Below are positions 1-9,551 of a stretch of DNA of 48,574 bases, piece by piece (position 1 is the stretch's first letter; each line of letters opens with the position of its first letter). The notes beneath the pieces are model-generated. The model was not told the origin of the DNA and made no database searches. It saw nothing but the letters and a program-made list of their open reading frames with translations. Made by a program: the position numbers and the translations under genes. The stretch lies in sequence record SRR22947725_605. The stretch is one strand, 5' to 3'.

Positions 1-2
1 TT

Positions 3-881
3 CAGCTGTATCAAGAGTACCATTACGATGGCGCTGAAAGAACTTATAGAGTTATAAAGATTGATAGTAACTTTATTAAAAGAAATAATAGAAGACACCA
101 AGACTTAGGAGCAGAAGATTTTGACTCTGACAAATATAGTACCTATAGATTAGGTTCTAGAGTAATGAAAAAACTGAATAACGTTACAGGTCAAAGAGTT
201 TATATAAAGACTGATTCAGATTCTGCGCATGATGGATTTAGAAGATACTTCACTTTAGAAGAGCAAGTACTAGAAGATCAAAATATAATTCTTACTAGTG
301 CTGGTCAAATAGGAGTTAAAGTACCTAATGATATAATTTCGGTTACTAGAATAGCTAAAGTAGACTCTTTTAGTCAAGCGGGAATGTATAATTACGAGTA
401 CCAATACTTTTTAAATAATTTTGATTTCTTTTATGGTGGTATGGGAGCAGGAGGATTAACTTCTTATTATATTCAAAAGACTTTTGTAGAACATATAGAG
501 TTCTTATTGAATACATCTCCTGCCATAAGATTTAATAAACATAAAAATAGATTGTATTTCGATACAGATATGAATAGATTGAAGACTGCTGCTAATGGTG
601 GTAAGAAGACTCATTATATGTTAGCTGAATGTTATGTAGTAACTGACCCAGAAATATACGGACAAGTATATCAAGACAGTTGGTTAAAAACATACGCTGT
701 TGCTTTAGCTAAAATGCAATGGGGTGCTAATCTTAAGAAATATCAAAATACTGAACTACCAGGTGGTGTTCAATTAGATGGCCAAACGTTGTATAACGAA
801 GGACGCGAAGAAGAGACATCTCTTAGAGATGAACTTAAAAACAATAACCAATTAGAGCTAGACTCTATAATGTGGGGTTAA
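3..881 (+). CDS. gp13: T4-like neck protein gp13 (5' end lies outside the window)
   Basis: The frame is open from base 3 (QLYQEYHYDG, the gp13 YHxDG motif), upstream of the ORF-track start. It contains IRFNKHKNRLY and the C-terminal WLKTYAVALAKMQWGANLKKY...LPGGVQLDG. Confidence 0.92.
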   Translation, partial: QLYQEYHYDGAERTYRVIKIDSNFIKRNNRRHQDLGAEDFDSDKYSTYRLGSRVMKKLNNVTGQRVYIKTDSDSAHDGFRRYFTLEEQVLEDQNIILTSAGQIGVKVPNDIISVTRIAKVDSFSQAGMYNYEYQYFLNNFDFFYGGMGAGGLTSYYIQKTFVEHIEFLLNTSPAIRFNKHKNRLYFDTDMNRLKTAANGGKKTHYMLAECYVVTDPEIYGQVYQDSWLKTYAVALAKMQWGANLKKYQNTELPGGVQLDGQTLYNEGREEETSLRDELKNNNQLELDSIMWG

Positions 882-887
882 TAAATA
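879..887 (+). promoter_or_regulatory. Putative gp55-type late promoter TAATAAATA
   Basis: Variant of the T4 late consensus TATAAATA. It overlaps the gp13 stop and precedes the prohead genes. Confidence 0.55.
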
Positions 888-889
888 TT

Positions 890-1063
890 ATGGAAAATAA
901 ATTTGATTTTACAACGAATATGGGAGATCAAGATACATTTGTTAAAGATGTAAAATCCCATATAGATACTAAAGTAATTGGACATCTCCAGCAAATGAAG
1001 CAGGAGTTGGCCTCTAAATTTATAGAAGATGGTAAAAATGAATCTGAAGAACCTAAAGAGTAG
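890..1063 (+). CDS. Small prohead core protein (gp67-like)
   Basis: 57-aa helical protein in the gp67 position upstream of the gp68-like gene and gp21. ATG at 890 is preferred over GTG at 872. Confidence 0.5.
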   Translation: MENKFDFTTNMGDQDTFVKDVKSHIDTKVIGHLQQMKQELASKFIEDGKNESEEPKE

Positions 1064-1769
1064 AATCTACGAAGAGAAAAAACAACTCGTCTTAGATTCG
1101 ATAAGACAAGGAGTAGAAATAGAAGAGACTATTTTTACACCTGAGCAAATTGAAGAGTTTAAAGAAGAAGTTGTTATCTTAGACTATGAAGAAATAGTAG
1201 AAGGTGACATTGACGACTTTGACGAAGCAGAAGCTGCTCTTAACTTACATGAAGAAGATGATGATGACTGTGGTTGTCATCCTCATGAAGCAGATGATGA
1301 GTGTCAATGTCCTAAAACTTATTTAGACTTCGTTCCTATGGAAGATGGGGAAGAGTATGATTTAGAATTTGCTATCGAAGATAGAACTTACTATGATGAT
1401 GCTATAGAAAATTATCTTAAAATTAAAGATGCTTTATTTGCAGAAGATTATGAAGTTCATGATGTAGAGGTAATGCAAGAAGACGGTACAGTTGTAATTG
1501 ACGAAAAAATGGCTAGAGTAATCTTTAAAAGATCTAAAGGCACAATTACTAAGAAGAAAAAGTGTATGCCAGGTATGAGATTAGCAGGTAGAAGATGCTT
1601 ACCTCAAACCGGTACTCAAAAAGCTAAAATGAAAAGATTAGGAATTAAACTTAAAAGAGCTAAAAAGGCTATGGGTGCTGCTAAGAAAAAGAAAGCAGCT
1701 CGTATTGCTAAAATAACAAAGAAAAGAATTAAAGGTCGTACAAGATCACTAGCTTCTTTATCAAACTAG
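1029..1769 (+). CDS. Prohead core protein (gp68-like)
   Basis: Acidic N-terminal half and very basic C-terminal half after IDE (RVIFKRSKG...KKKKAAR). Located before gp21. Confidence 0.55.
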   Translation: MVKMNLKNLKSRIYEEKKQLVLDSIRQGVEIEETIFTPEQIEEFKEEVVILDYEEIVEGDIDDFDEAEAALNLHEEDDDDCGCHPHEADDECQCPKTYLDFVPMEDGEEYDLEFAIEDRTYYDDAIENYLKIKDALFAEDYEVHDVEVMQEDGTVVIDEKMARVIFKRSKGTITKKKKCMPGMRLAGRRCLPQTGTQKAKMKRLGIKLKRAKKAMGAAKKKKAARIAKITKKRIKGRTRSLASLSN

Positions 1770-1778
1770 GAGATATAA

Positions 1779-2123
1779 ATGGCTAACACTATAATAGCAA
1801 AAAGAATTACAGCAAGAGATCAAAACTCTGCAAGGGTAACATTGCATATTGATTCTGCTTCAGCATTCGATTCAGATGCATTATTGTTTACATTAGAAAC
1901 TGGTGAAACTAAAAGATTCCAACCTAATAGAATCGAGACAGTTATTAATATGGGACCTAATGATGTTACATTAGACGGTAAAGTATTCGAAACTGGTAAC
2001 TGGTTACTATCTCAATTTGGAGGTTTACCTTTTACTGGATCAGCAGGAGGTGGATCTCTTACTGTAGTAGGTACTAGTCCTAATGCAATAATTGAATTAA
2101 GAGGCTTTATAGTAGCTAATTAA
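1779..2123 (+). CDS. Hypothetical protein in head module, probably structural
   Basis: GGAG RBS; 114 aa; lies between the gp68-like gene and gp21. Confidence 0.6.
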   Translation: MANTIIAKRITARDQNSARVTLHIDSASAFDSDALLFTLETGETKRFQPNRIETVINMGPNDVTLDGKVFETGNWLLSQFGGLPFTGSAGGGSLTVVGTSPNAIIELRGFIVAN

Positions 2124-2137
2124 GATAGGATAGAACA

Positions 2138-2791
2138 ATGAAACTTATAGCAGAACCAACATTATTTGAAAACGTGAAAGTAATATCTGAAGGTAAAGGT
2201 AGCAATAAAAAACTATTCATATCAGGTCCTTTTTTACAAGCTGAAAAAGAAAACAGAAATGGTAGAATATACCCTCAATCAGTAATGGACGGAGCAGTAT
2301 CAAAGTACAAAGAAGAGTACATTGATAAAAAAAGAGCGCTAGGTGAATTAAACCATCCAGCTGAACCTGTTGTGAATCCAGAGAGAGCAGCTATTCTTAC
2401 TGAGTCTTTAGAACAAGATGGAATATATTATAAAGGAAAAGCAAAGGTATTATCTACACCTATGGGTAAGATAGTAGAAAATTTATTAGATGATGGAGTG
2501 ACTGTAGGTGTTAGTTCTAGAGGTTTAGGTTCTCTTAAGCCAACTAGAATGGGACATAATGAAGTACAGAGTGATTTTGTACTAACAACTGCAGCCGATA
2601 TCGTATTTGATCCTTCAGCTCAATCTTCATTCGTTGAAGGTGTTTATGAACAAGCTGAATGGATATATGAGTCAGGGGTATTCTCTAGAGTAGATCTTGA
2701 TATAGAGCGAAAAAATTTAATGCTAGCAAAGAAATCTGAATTAAACGAAGTTAAGCTTAATATGTTTAACAAGTTCTTAAGAGATCTTTAA
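2138..2791 (+). CDS. gp21: Prohead core protease gp21
   Basis: ISGPFLQAE.ENRNGRIYP, RALGELNHP, GVSSRGLGSL, ADIVFDPSA. Confidence 0.97.
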   Translation: MKLIAEPTLFENVKVISEGKGSNKKLFISGPFLQAEKENRNGRIYPQSVMDGAVSKYKEEYIDKKRALGELNHPAEPVVNPERAAILTESLEQDGIYYKGKAKVLSTPMGKIVENLLDDGVTVGVSSRGLGSLKPTRMGHNEVQSDFVLTTAADIVFDPSAQSSFVEGVYEQAEWIYESGVFSRVDLDIERKNLMLAKKSELNEVKLNMFNKFLRDL

Positions 2792-2792
2792 T

Positions 2793-2801
2793 TAATAAAT
2801 A
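2793..2801 (+). promoter_or_regulatory. Putative late promoter TAATAAATA
   Basis: Intergenic, upstream of the AGGAG RBS of gp22. Confidence 0.6.
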
Positions 2802-2825
2802 AAAGGACAACAAGGAGTGGACCCC

Positions 2826-4844
2826 ATGTCTAAAGATTTGATAAACGTAATAGAAGATCTTCTTGAAGAGAAGGCACCTAAGAGTGGTGAGCATATGACC
2901 AAAAAGGATATGATTACCAACCCTCAGGAAAAAAAGCCTATGAAAGAAGATAACATAGCAGAAGCTGATCAAAATGCCGACAACGCTAAGAATTTAACTA
3001 GCGATGGTAAGACAGCTGATATGGCTACAATTAAACCAGGAAGCGGTAAACAGTCTCCTGAAGTAGCAGCTGACAAAGGACCCCATAACCAAGCAGGTGA
3101 AAATGCTGGTGATGAAGGTGATATGAATAAAGGGAAGATTGCTAGTGATGCATCTGCAACGGTCGAGGCTGATAAAGGTCCACATGATCAGTCTACCGAT
3201 AACGCAGGCGATACTAATTCAATAGATGGTATAAGCGCTAAACCTTCTCAAGCATCTGCAGAAGCAGAAGCTAACAAAGGACCTCATAACCAATGTGACG
3301 ATCCAGGAATGAGCGAAGAGACAGAATCAGAAGAAGAAGCTGAAACTGTTGATGAAAAAGCTAAGATGGATCCGGTTGGTCAAGAAGATGGTGACGTAGA
3401 TAACGATGGCGACGAAGATGAGTCAGATGATTATCTAAAGAAAAGAAGAAATGCTATCAATAAAGCAATGAAAAAAGAAGAAGTAACTTATGAAGATGCT
3501 ATGTATGTTCTTCATGCTGGTGAAATCACAATCGAAGAAGGTACTGCCAACTGGGATTGGAATGAGCTTAAAAACTTAGAAGAAGAAAACTGGTATGAGT
3601 TAATGAAAGAACTAACTGAAGAAGAAGAAAGTATCTTCGCTGATGAGTTAGCTCAATTAGCTGAATCAATTGAAGAATCAGAAGCTGAATATGATGCTGA
3701 AACAGAAGAAAAAGAAGCTGTAGAAGAAGAGCATCACGAAAAAGATGAAGACGGTAACGTTATCGAGCATCCTATCGAAGATGAAGCTGAAAAAGCAACT
3801 ACTGAAGAAGTAGAAGAAGTAGAAGAAGCTTTACCAGCAGGTGAACCAATGCAAAAAGTTGGTGATGCTAAAGGTCAAGATACTACTATTCAGACTGATG
3901 CTAATATGAAAAATTTACCTGATCAAGATAAAAAATCAGCTAAAGGTGAAGCAGAAACAAAAGGTGGTGATGTAGGCGCTGGTCCACATAATCAAGCAAA
4001 CGATCCTCATGACACACCAACTATTGCAAATCCTGCAGGACCTACAAAGATGGCAAAAGCTTCAGTAAAAGCAGATGCTAATAAAGGTGCTCATGATCAA
4101 GCAAGTGATCCAATTGTTAATAAAATGGCAGCAGAAGAAACTGAAACTGATTTAGAAGCAGAATTAGATGAAGATTTTAAACGTAAAGCTGCTGTAGTAT
4201 TTGAAACAGCTGTAAATGAAAAAGTAGATCTAGTAGTTGAGAAGATTCAAGCTGACTACGAAGAGAAACTTAATGAAGAGAAAGCTGCTATTAGCGATAA
4301 GATTAACGAGTATGTTGATTATGCAGTTAAAGAATGGTTAGAAGAGAATGCATTAGAAATTAAGTACTCTCTTAGAACTGAAGTAGCTGAAAACTTTATC
4401 TCAGGAATGAGAAAACTATTTGCAGAAAACTATATCGATATCCCTGAAGATGATATCTCAGTAGTTGATGAGTTAACTGAACAAATAGATTCTTTCAAAG
4501 AACAAGTAGAAGAGTCTCAGACTCTTGCAGAAAATTTACAAAAAGAAGTCCTTGATTATAAAAAGGCTTCAATTGTAGAAGAGGTATCATCAGAGCTAAC
4601 ACAGACACAGAAAATTAGATTAGAAAAATTAGCTGAGTCAGTAGATGCTAAAGATACTGAAGAGTTCCAAGCCAAGTTAAGTGACCTCAAAGAGGCTTAC
4701 TTTAATCAAAGCGAAGAAAACTCAAAGCTTCTAACCTCATTGAGTGAAGAAGTGATTGGTACTGACGAAGTAATTACAGAAGATCATAACGACTCTACAG
4801 TAAGTGCATACGCGCAGTTCTTATCAAAAACTATAAGTAAATAA
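2826..4844 (+). CDS. gp22: Prohead scaffolding protein gp22 with long N-terminal extension
   Basis: C-terminal gp22 core: LDEDFKRKAAVVFETAV, YVDYAVKEWLEEN, LRTEVAENF...LFAENYIDIPE. Lies between gp21 and gp23. AGGAG precedes ATG 2826. Confidence 0.93.
   Translation: MSKDLINVIEDLLEEKAPKSGEHMTKKDMITNPQEKKPMKEDNIAEADQNADNAKNLTSDGKTADMATIKPGSGKQSPEVAADKGPHNQAGENAGDEGDMNKGKIASDASATVEADKGPHDQSTDNAGDTNSIDGISAKPSQASAEAEANKGPHNQCDDPGMSEETESEEEAETVDEKAKMDPVGQEDGDVDNDGDEDESDDYLKKRRNAINKAMKKEEVTYEDAMYVLHAGEITIEEGTANWDWNELKNLEEENWYELMKELTEEEESIFADELAQLAESIEESEAEYDAETEEKEAVEEEHHEKDEDGNVIEHPIEDEAEKATTEEVEEVEEALPAGEPMQKVGDAKGQDTTIQTDANMKNLPDQDKKSAKGEAETKGGDVGAGPHNQANDPHDTPTIANPAGPTKMAKASVKADANKGAHDQASDPIVNKMAAEETETDLEAELDEDFKRKAAVVFETAVNEKVDLVVEKIQADYEEKLNEEKAAISDKINEYVDYAVKEWLEENALEIKYSLRTEVAENFISGMRKLFAENYIDIPEDDISVVDELTEQIDSFKEQVEESQTLAENLQKEVLDYKKASIVEEVSSELTQTQKIRLEKLAESVDAKDTEEFQAKLSDLKEAYFNQSEENSKLLTSLSEEVIGTDEVITEDHNDSTVSAYAQFLSKTISK
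3069..4100 (+). repeat. Five dispersed G(P/A)H(N/D)Q peptide repeats in the gp22 extension
   Basis: ADKGPHNQ, ADKGPHDQ, ANKGPHNQ, GAGPHNQ, ANKGAHDQ. Confidence 0.85.
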
Positions 4845-4903
4845 GAAAAATTAATAATGATTAAGAAAAATTATATCAACGTTTTTAATAGGGAGATAGA
4901 GTA

Positions 4904-6388
4904 ATGTCCTTTGATGTTCTCACTGAAAAATGGGCCCCAGTAATTAACCACGATGATTTGCCTGAAATTAAAGAAAGAGAAAAGAAAGCAGTTGTAGCTC
5001 AAGTTCTAGAGAACACAGAGAAAGCATTGCAAGAAGAGTCTCAAATTCAGGAATCAAGTGTATCTGGTGCAGCCTTTGGTGGAGCGTTTTCCGGAGCCGG
5101 AGATAACGCCACTATTAATGCAACTGGTCGTGCAGGTTACGATCCAATTATCATATCACTAGTAAGAAGAGCGATGCCTCAAATGATGGCTTTCGATCTT
5201 TGTGGTGTGCAAGCTATGTCAGCGCCAACAGGTTTAATCTTCGCACTACGTGCAAGATATAATAACAGAAATGAAGTCGATGGACTTGGTGAAGAGGGCT
5301 TAGAGGCTTTCTACAACGAAGTGTTCCCGAACTTTTCTGGTACAGCCTTCAATACTGGTGCTCCAGGCACTCATGCTGATGGTGCAAATGAGTCTACTTC
5401 AGGTAACCCATTTGATCCTTCAAGAGCTTCTAACAGTGGTTCAACATCTGCAGAGTCAGATGCGTATACTGATAACTCAGTAACACCTGTGAATAACCCA
5501 TTCGGTACTGCTACCGGAGCTAACCCAGCACTAGCTGGTGGTTCTGCTAAAATCAGTGCAGAAGGTACTTCTTCATATGGTATGACTACTAGAGAAGGTG
5601 AAGGCGATAACTTCAGAGAAATGTCATTCACAATTGAGAGAACAGCTGTCGAAGCAAAGACACGTGCTCTTAAAAGTGAATACACTATGGAGTTAGTCCA
5701 AGATCTTAGAGCTGTTCACGGTCTAGATGCTGAAGCAGAATTATCAAATATTCTGTCTACAGAAATCTTAGCTGAGATCAATAGAGAAGTAGTATACACT
5801 ATTATTTCTCAAGCTAAAAGAGGTGCTACAGGCCTAACAACAGCAGGAAGATTTGATCTTATTGCTGATGGTCAAGGTAGATGGTCAGTAGAAAGACAAA
5901 AAGGTCTTATGCTTCAGATAGAAAAAGAAAGCAATAACATTGCATTCGAAACTAGAAGAGGTAAAGGTAACTTTATGTTATGTTCTGCTAACGTAGCTTC
6001 AGGTTTGACTATGGCTGGCTTGCTAGACTATAGCTCAAATATCCAGGATAACCTAGATGTAGATGTTACATCAGGTGTATTCGCAGGTACTTTAAATGGT
6101 AGAACAAGAGTTTATATTGACCCTTATGCAACATCAGGTGACTACATCGTTGTTGGTTATAAAGGTACAAACAATATGGACGCTGGTATGTTCTATTGTC
6201 CTTATGTACCTCTACAAATGGTCAGAGCTGTTGCTCAAGAGACTTTCCAACCTAAAATCGGTTTTAAAACTAGATACGGTATGGTAAGTAATCCATTTGC
6301 TGGTGGAGCTTCTGCAATTCAATCTAAAGGATTAGTTGCACCTCACTCAAACGTCTACTACAGAAAGTTCGCAGTAGATAACGTGTAA
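4904..6388 (+). CDS. gp23: Major capsid protein gp23
   Basis: YDPIIISLVRRAMP, CGVQAMSAPTGLIFALR, TRALKSEYTMELVQDLRAVHGLDAEAEL, FQPKIGFKTRYG. Confidence 0.99.
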   Translation: MSFDVLTEKWAPVINHDDLPEIKEREKKAVVAQVLENTEKALQEESQIQESSVSGAAFGGAFSGAGDNATINATGRAGYDPIIISLVRRAMPQMMAFDLCGVQAMSAPTGLIFALRARYNNRNEVDGLGEEGLEAFYNEVFPNFSGTAFNTGAPGTHADGANESTSGNPFDPSRASNSGSTSAESDAYTDNSVTPVNNPFGTATGANPALAGGSAKISAEGTSSYGMTTREGEGDNFREMSFTIERTAVEAKTRALKSEYTMELVQDLRAVHGLDAEAELSNILSTEILAEINREVVYTIISQAKRGATGLTTAGRFDLIADGQGRWSVERQKGLMLQIEKESNNIAFETRRGKGNFMLCSANVASGLTMAGLLDYSSNIQDNLDVDVTSGVFAGTLNGRTRVYIDPYATSGDYIVVGYKGTNNMDAGMFYCPYVPLQMVRAVAQETFQPKIGFKTRYGMVSNPFAGGASAIQSKGLVAPHSNVYYRKFAVDNV

Positions 6389-6407
6389 TAGCTTATACGA
6401 AAAACGC

Positions 6408-6436
6408 AAAAGGGAGGCTTCGGTCTCCCTTTTTTT
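6408..6436 (+). terminator. Intrinsic terminator after gp23
   Basis: AGGGAGGC-TTCG-GTCTCCCT followed by a T-run; C(UUCG)G tetraloop. Confidence 0.92.
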
Positions 6437-6439
6437 GTG

Positions 6440-6447
6440 TATAAATA
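6440..6447 (+). promoter_or_regulatory. Late promoter TATAAATA
   Basis: Exact T4 late consensus just after the terminator, 7 nt before ATG 6455. Confidence 0.75.
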
Positions 6448-6454
6448 TAATGTA

Positions 6455-7258
6455 ATGATATTAGATAAGCGAACACTTTTACAGAATGTTGCTCCGGCAA
6501 AATGTCACACTAAAGTTTTTTCAGAGTATGAATTAAACACTTTGTTTGATTTAGCTTTTAAGTATGGAGGTGCTAGGTATAATCGTTATGGTAATGTCTT
6601 TATTCAAGGACAGTCTGTTAAAGAAGCTTATGAATTAATTAAAAAGAAATTAAGTATAAGTGGAGAGTTCTTAGGTGGCAACTTCTTTATAACTACTTCC
6701 CCTTATGGTATACATACAGACAGTTTTAAAGAGATAGATTTTATCGATGATAAAAATAATACCGTATATAGAAACGTAGTTATTCCTTTATGGATTGGTA
6801 AGCATAAAGATAATTATAGAAACTCAGCAGGTAAGATGGTATTATTTAATCAAAGATTAATAGATTATTCAGCTGATTTTGTTAAAGGTTACAAAGGCGA
6901 TTATAATAAAACTGGTTCACAATATAAAGGTTATACAGATTATAGTGATTTGCAATTTTATCATAACAACGGTAAAGAAATAAAAAAAGAAAAAAATTTA
7001 AAACCTTTTGATCAAAACTTTTATGATAATTATCTTTACCATTTAGATTATGAAAGACTAGAAGGTTTAACTATTGAAAACGTATTTGATTGGATACCTG
7101 GAAGTATAATAGAGTTAGATGCTATACAAGTACATTGCAGTAGTTTAAATAAAAGAAAAGAATTTAAAGACGATTACAATTATTTAAAATCGTTAACTTG
7201 GAATAATAAAATGGGTTTATTAATTAAATTTAAAACAGAGGTAATAAATGGCAACTAA
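6455..7258 (+). CDS. Putative 2OG-Fe(II) oxygenase-fold protein
   Basis: HxD motif (GIHTDS) followed by the strand NVVIPL and a distal His (DAIQVHCS). Confidence 0.5.
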   Translation: MILDKRTLLQNVAPAKCHTKVFSEYELNTLFDLAFKYGGARYNRYGNVFIQGQSVKEAYELIKKKLSISGEFLGGNFFITTSPYGIHTDSFKEIDFIDDKNNTVYRNVVIPLWIGKHKDNYRNSAGKMVLFNQRLIDYSADFVKGYKGDYNKTGSQYKGYTDYSDLQFYHNNGKEIKKEKNLKPFDQNFYDNYLYHLDYERLEGLTIENVFDWIPGSIIELDAIQVHCSSLNKRKEFKDDYNYLKSLTWNNKMGLLIKFKTEVINGN

Positions 7259-7829
7259 TTTTACAGACGTTATTACAAATAGACAAGTAGAGTTAAGCTT
7301 TACTCCACCTCAAAATTATTTTTTGACATGTGAAAGATTACCTAAGGTTGTATTTACAGTTCAGTCGTTTACAATACCAACAATAAATGGTGGTGAATCT
7401 GTATTACCTAACTCATTAAATCCTACTAGAATGTACGTACCCGGAGACGGTATAGATTATGGAAGCTTAGATGCAACAGTTGTTATTGATAAAAATTTTA
7501 CAGCTTATAGAGAATTTTTATTATGGATGAAAGCAATTAACGTTCCGGAAAGTAGTGATCAATTTACAGAGTATTCAAAAAGAATTAGAGGCTCAGGTCC
7601 AGAATTTAGTAAAACAATGACTAACATAGAGTTGTTTGGTACTGATGCAGGTAACAGACCTATTGTAGCTTGGAAGTTTAAAAATGCTTTTCCTATATCA
7701 TTAGAAGGTCCACAATATAATTCTAGTTCTATAGACGTGGAACCATTAACTTGTACAATGACATTTAGATACATGTATTTCGAACACGAAACATACACTG
7801 ATGGCAAAGCTAACAATGATTCAATATAA
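7248..7829 (+). CDS. gp3: Tail completion / sheath stabilizer gp3 (tail-tube fold)
   Basis: RLPKVVFTVQSFTIP, PGDGIDYGSL, YREFLLWM, FKNAFPISL; usual position between gp23 and uvsY. Confidence 0.85.
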   Translation: MATNFTDVITNRQVELSFTPPQNYFLTCERLPKVVFTVQSFTIPTINGGESVLPNSLNPTRMYVPGDGIDYGSLDATVVIDKNFTAYREFLLWMKAINVPESSDQFTEYSKRIRGSGPEFSKTMTNIELFGTDAGNRPIVAWKFKNAFPISLEGPQYNSSSIDVEPLTCTMTFRYMYFEHETYTDGKANNDSI

Positions 7830-7835
7830 TAAATA
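7827..7835 (+). promoter_or_regulatory. Putative late promoter TAATAAATA
   Basis: Upstream of the AGGAG RBS of ORF 7856. Confidence 0.65.
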
Positions 7836-7855
7836 ATATAATCAGGAGTATTAAA

Positions 7856-9109
7856 ATGAAAAGTTTTACAGATTATTTAGATGAAATTAGAAAACCTTCC
7901 GCTGAAGATGAACATGAAGCAGATCAAGGTCAACATATTGTAATGCAGCTTAGAAAGTCTGTTACAATGAACGGACAAAAGCATGTTAAATTTAATGACG
8001 GTAAAACACATCAAGTGTCTAGAGCTCATGCTTCTAAATTTTTATCAAAACATCAAGGTATGAAAACCTCTCATGAAAAAAGAAAATTGCAAGCTACAGC
8101 TGCAAAGTCTCATGATCATTTTCATAGTACAATAAAAGACCATTATGAAACCCCTGATGCTGTTGCTGATCGAATTAGCGAATTGTTTGGTTTTGCTAAA
8201 AAAGCAGCTCCGAAAAGAACATTTAAAGTAAAGAAACGCCCGCCAGAAGAATTAACAATTCAAGATAAAATTAAAGCTCGAAGAAAGACTGGAGACTTTT
8301 CAAATAAAAAAATGGGTGAAACAAAAGAAGCACCTGCAGGAACATATTTTACAAAAGCAGGTCAGCTAAAAAAGGGTGACCCGGCTTCAGATGGTCCAGG
8401 CGGCGCGAAGTTAGCATCTGATCCTTTAGATAAGCAAAGAAAAACTATTGTAAATTTAAAGAACCATCCAAGCAAAGAATCAGTTGGAGAAGAGCATGAT
8501 CCTAAACATGTTAAACAAGCAATTGGTATTGCTTCTGATCCTCGATATAAACAAGGTAATATGACTGGTGCTGTTAATGCTATGAATAAGTTATCAAAAG
8601 ACATTCATAAGCATCCTCAAGTTGCAGCAGTTCTTAGAAAACAAAATGAACATATGGATAATTATGTAAATAAATTATCTGAATTATCAAAAGACACTAT
8701 GGGTAAGTATGTAAAGAAAGCTGTTAAAAATGTTGACGATCGTTCATTCGCAGCAGGAATAACAGATGAGCAACCTGGCCATCGTACAGCTAAGAATCAT
8801 GCTAAGATAAGAAATAGAAGAACAGGTATTGATCGTGCTGTAGATAAAATGACTAAAGAAGATATGTCAGGTATGTCACAAAAATCAGGTGATAAAAGAA
8901 GTACAGATAGTGGAGCTGGGATGACAGCTCAAGGTGTTGCTAAGTATAATAGACGTACAGGTGGTGATTTAAAAACAGCTGTAACAACTCCTCCGAGTAA
9001 GTTAAAAGCAGGAAGTAAAGCAGCAGGAAGAAGAAAAAGTTTTTGCGCTCGTTCATCTGGTTGGACTGGTGAAAGAGGAAAGGCAGCTAGAGCTAGATGG
9101 AACTGCTAA
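7856..9109 (+). CDS. Modular Lys-rich protein, putative internal head protein; C-terminal RRKSFCAR...WNC module
   Basis: N-terminal MKSFTDYLDE resembles the T4 capsid-targeting sequence MKTYQEFIAE. Basic blocks are separated by hydrophobic-x-E sites. A late promoter lies upstream. Confidence 0.6.
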   Translation: MKSFTDYLDEIRKPSAEDEHEADQGQHIVMQLRKSVTMNGQKHVKFNDGKTHQVSRAHASKFLSKHQGMKTSHEKRKLQATAAKSHDHFHSTIKDHYETPDAVADRISELFGFAKKAAPKRTFKVKKRPPEELTIQDKIKARRKTGDFSNKKMGETKEAPAGTYFTKAGQLKKGDPASDGPGGAKLASDPLDKQRKTIVNLKNHPSKESVGEEHDPKHVKQAIGIASDPRYKQGNMTGAVNAMNKLSKDIHKHPQVAAVLRKQNEHMDNYVNKLSELSKDTMGKYVKKAVKNVDDRSFAAGITDEQPGHRTAKNHAKIRNRRTGIDRAVDKMTKEDMSGMSQKSGDKRSTDSGAGMTAQGVAKYNRRTGGDLKTAVTTPPSKLKAGSKAAGRRKSFCARSSGWTGERGKAARARWNC

Positions 9110-9306
9110 GCTTTAGTCAATTCAAAGAAAATTTTAAAGACGGAAAGAATCCTCAGGATAAAGGAGACTCTAAACGACATGGAGTACCTACTAAATCATC
9201 TGTATCTAATTTAAGAAAAGTAGCAAAGCAAGGAGGACGAAAAGGTCAACTTGCTCATTGGATGGCTAATATGAAAGCCGGAAAAAAGAAAGCTAAAAAT
9301 AAATGA
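9097..9306 (+). CDS. Small basic protein, putative internal head protein
   Basis: MELLSFSQFKE leader, then a basic module ENFKDGK...LAHWMANMKAG. Confidence 0.6.
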   Translation: MELLSFSQFKENFKDGKNPQDKGDSKRHGVPTKSSVSNLRKVAKQGGRKGQLAHWMANMKAGKKKAKNK

Positions 9307-9551
9307 AGTTAGAACAGAAGCCAACTGTAAAACAAGAGCAAACTATTAAGCCTAAACTTAATATTAATCAACTTATTAAGCAGCTAGCAGTACATGAAGC
9401 TGAATGTACACTTCGTTATCAGAGAATAGAAGAATTATTAGAAGATCACAAATCCGCAATTAAAAAATTCGATATAAAAGTATGGGGACTAGCTGTACTT
9501 ATTATAGCTCAAGCTTCAATTTTAACTATGATTGCACAAAAGGTTTTATAA
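9303..9551 (+). CDS. Coiled-coil protein with C-terminal transmembrane helix (XhlA-like architecture)
   Basis: HEAECTLRY coiled coil followed by VWGLAVLIIAQASILTMIA. Confidence 0.6.
   Translation: MKLEQKPTVKQEQTIKPKLNINQLIKQLAVHEAECTLRYQRIEELLEDHKSAIKKFDIKVWGLAVLIIAQASILTMIAQKVL

Noticed and set aside
7248-7829. Tail tube protein gp19
   Set aside because: The fold is shared, but the motifs and the position between gp23 and uvsY fit gp3 better.
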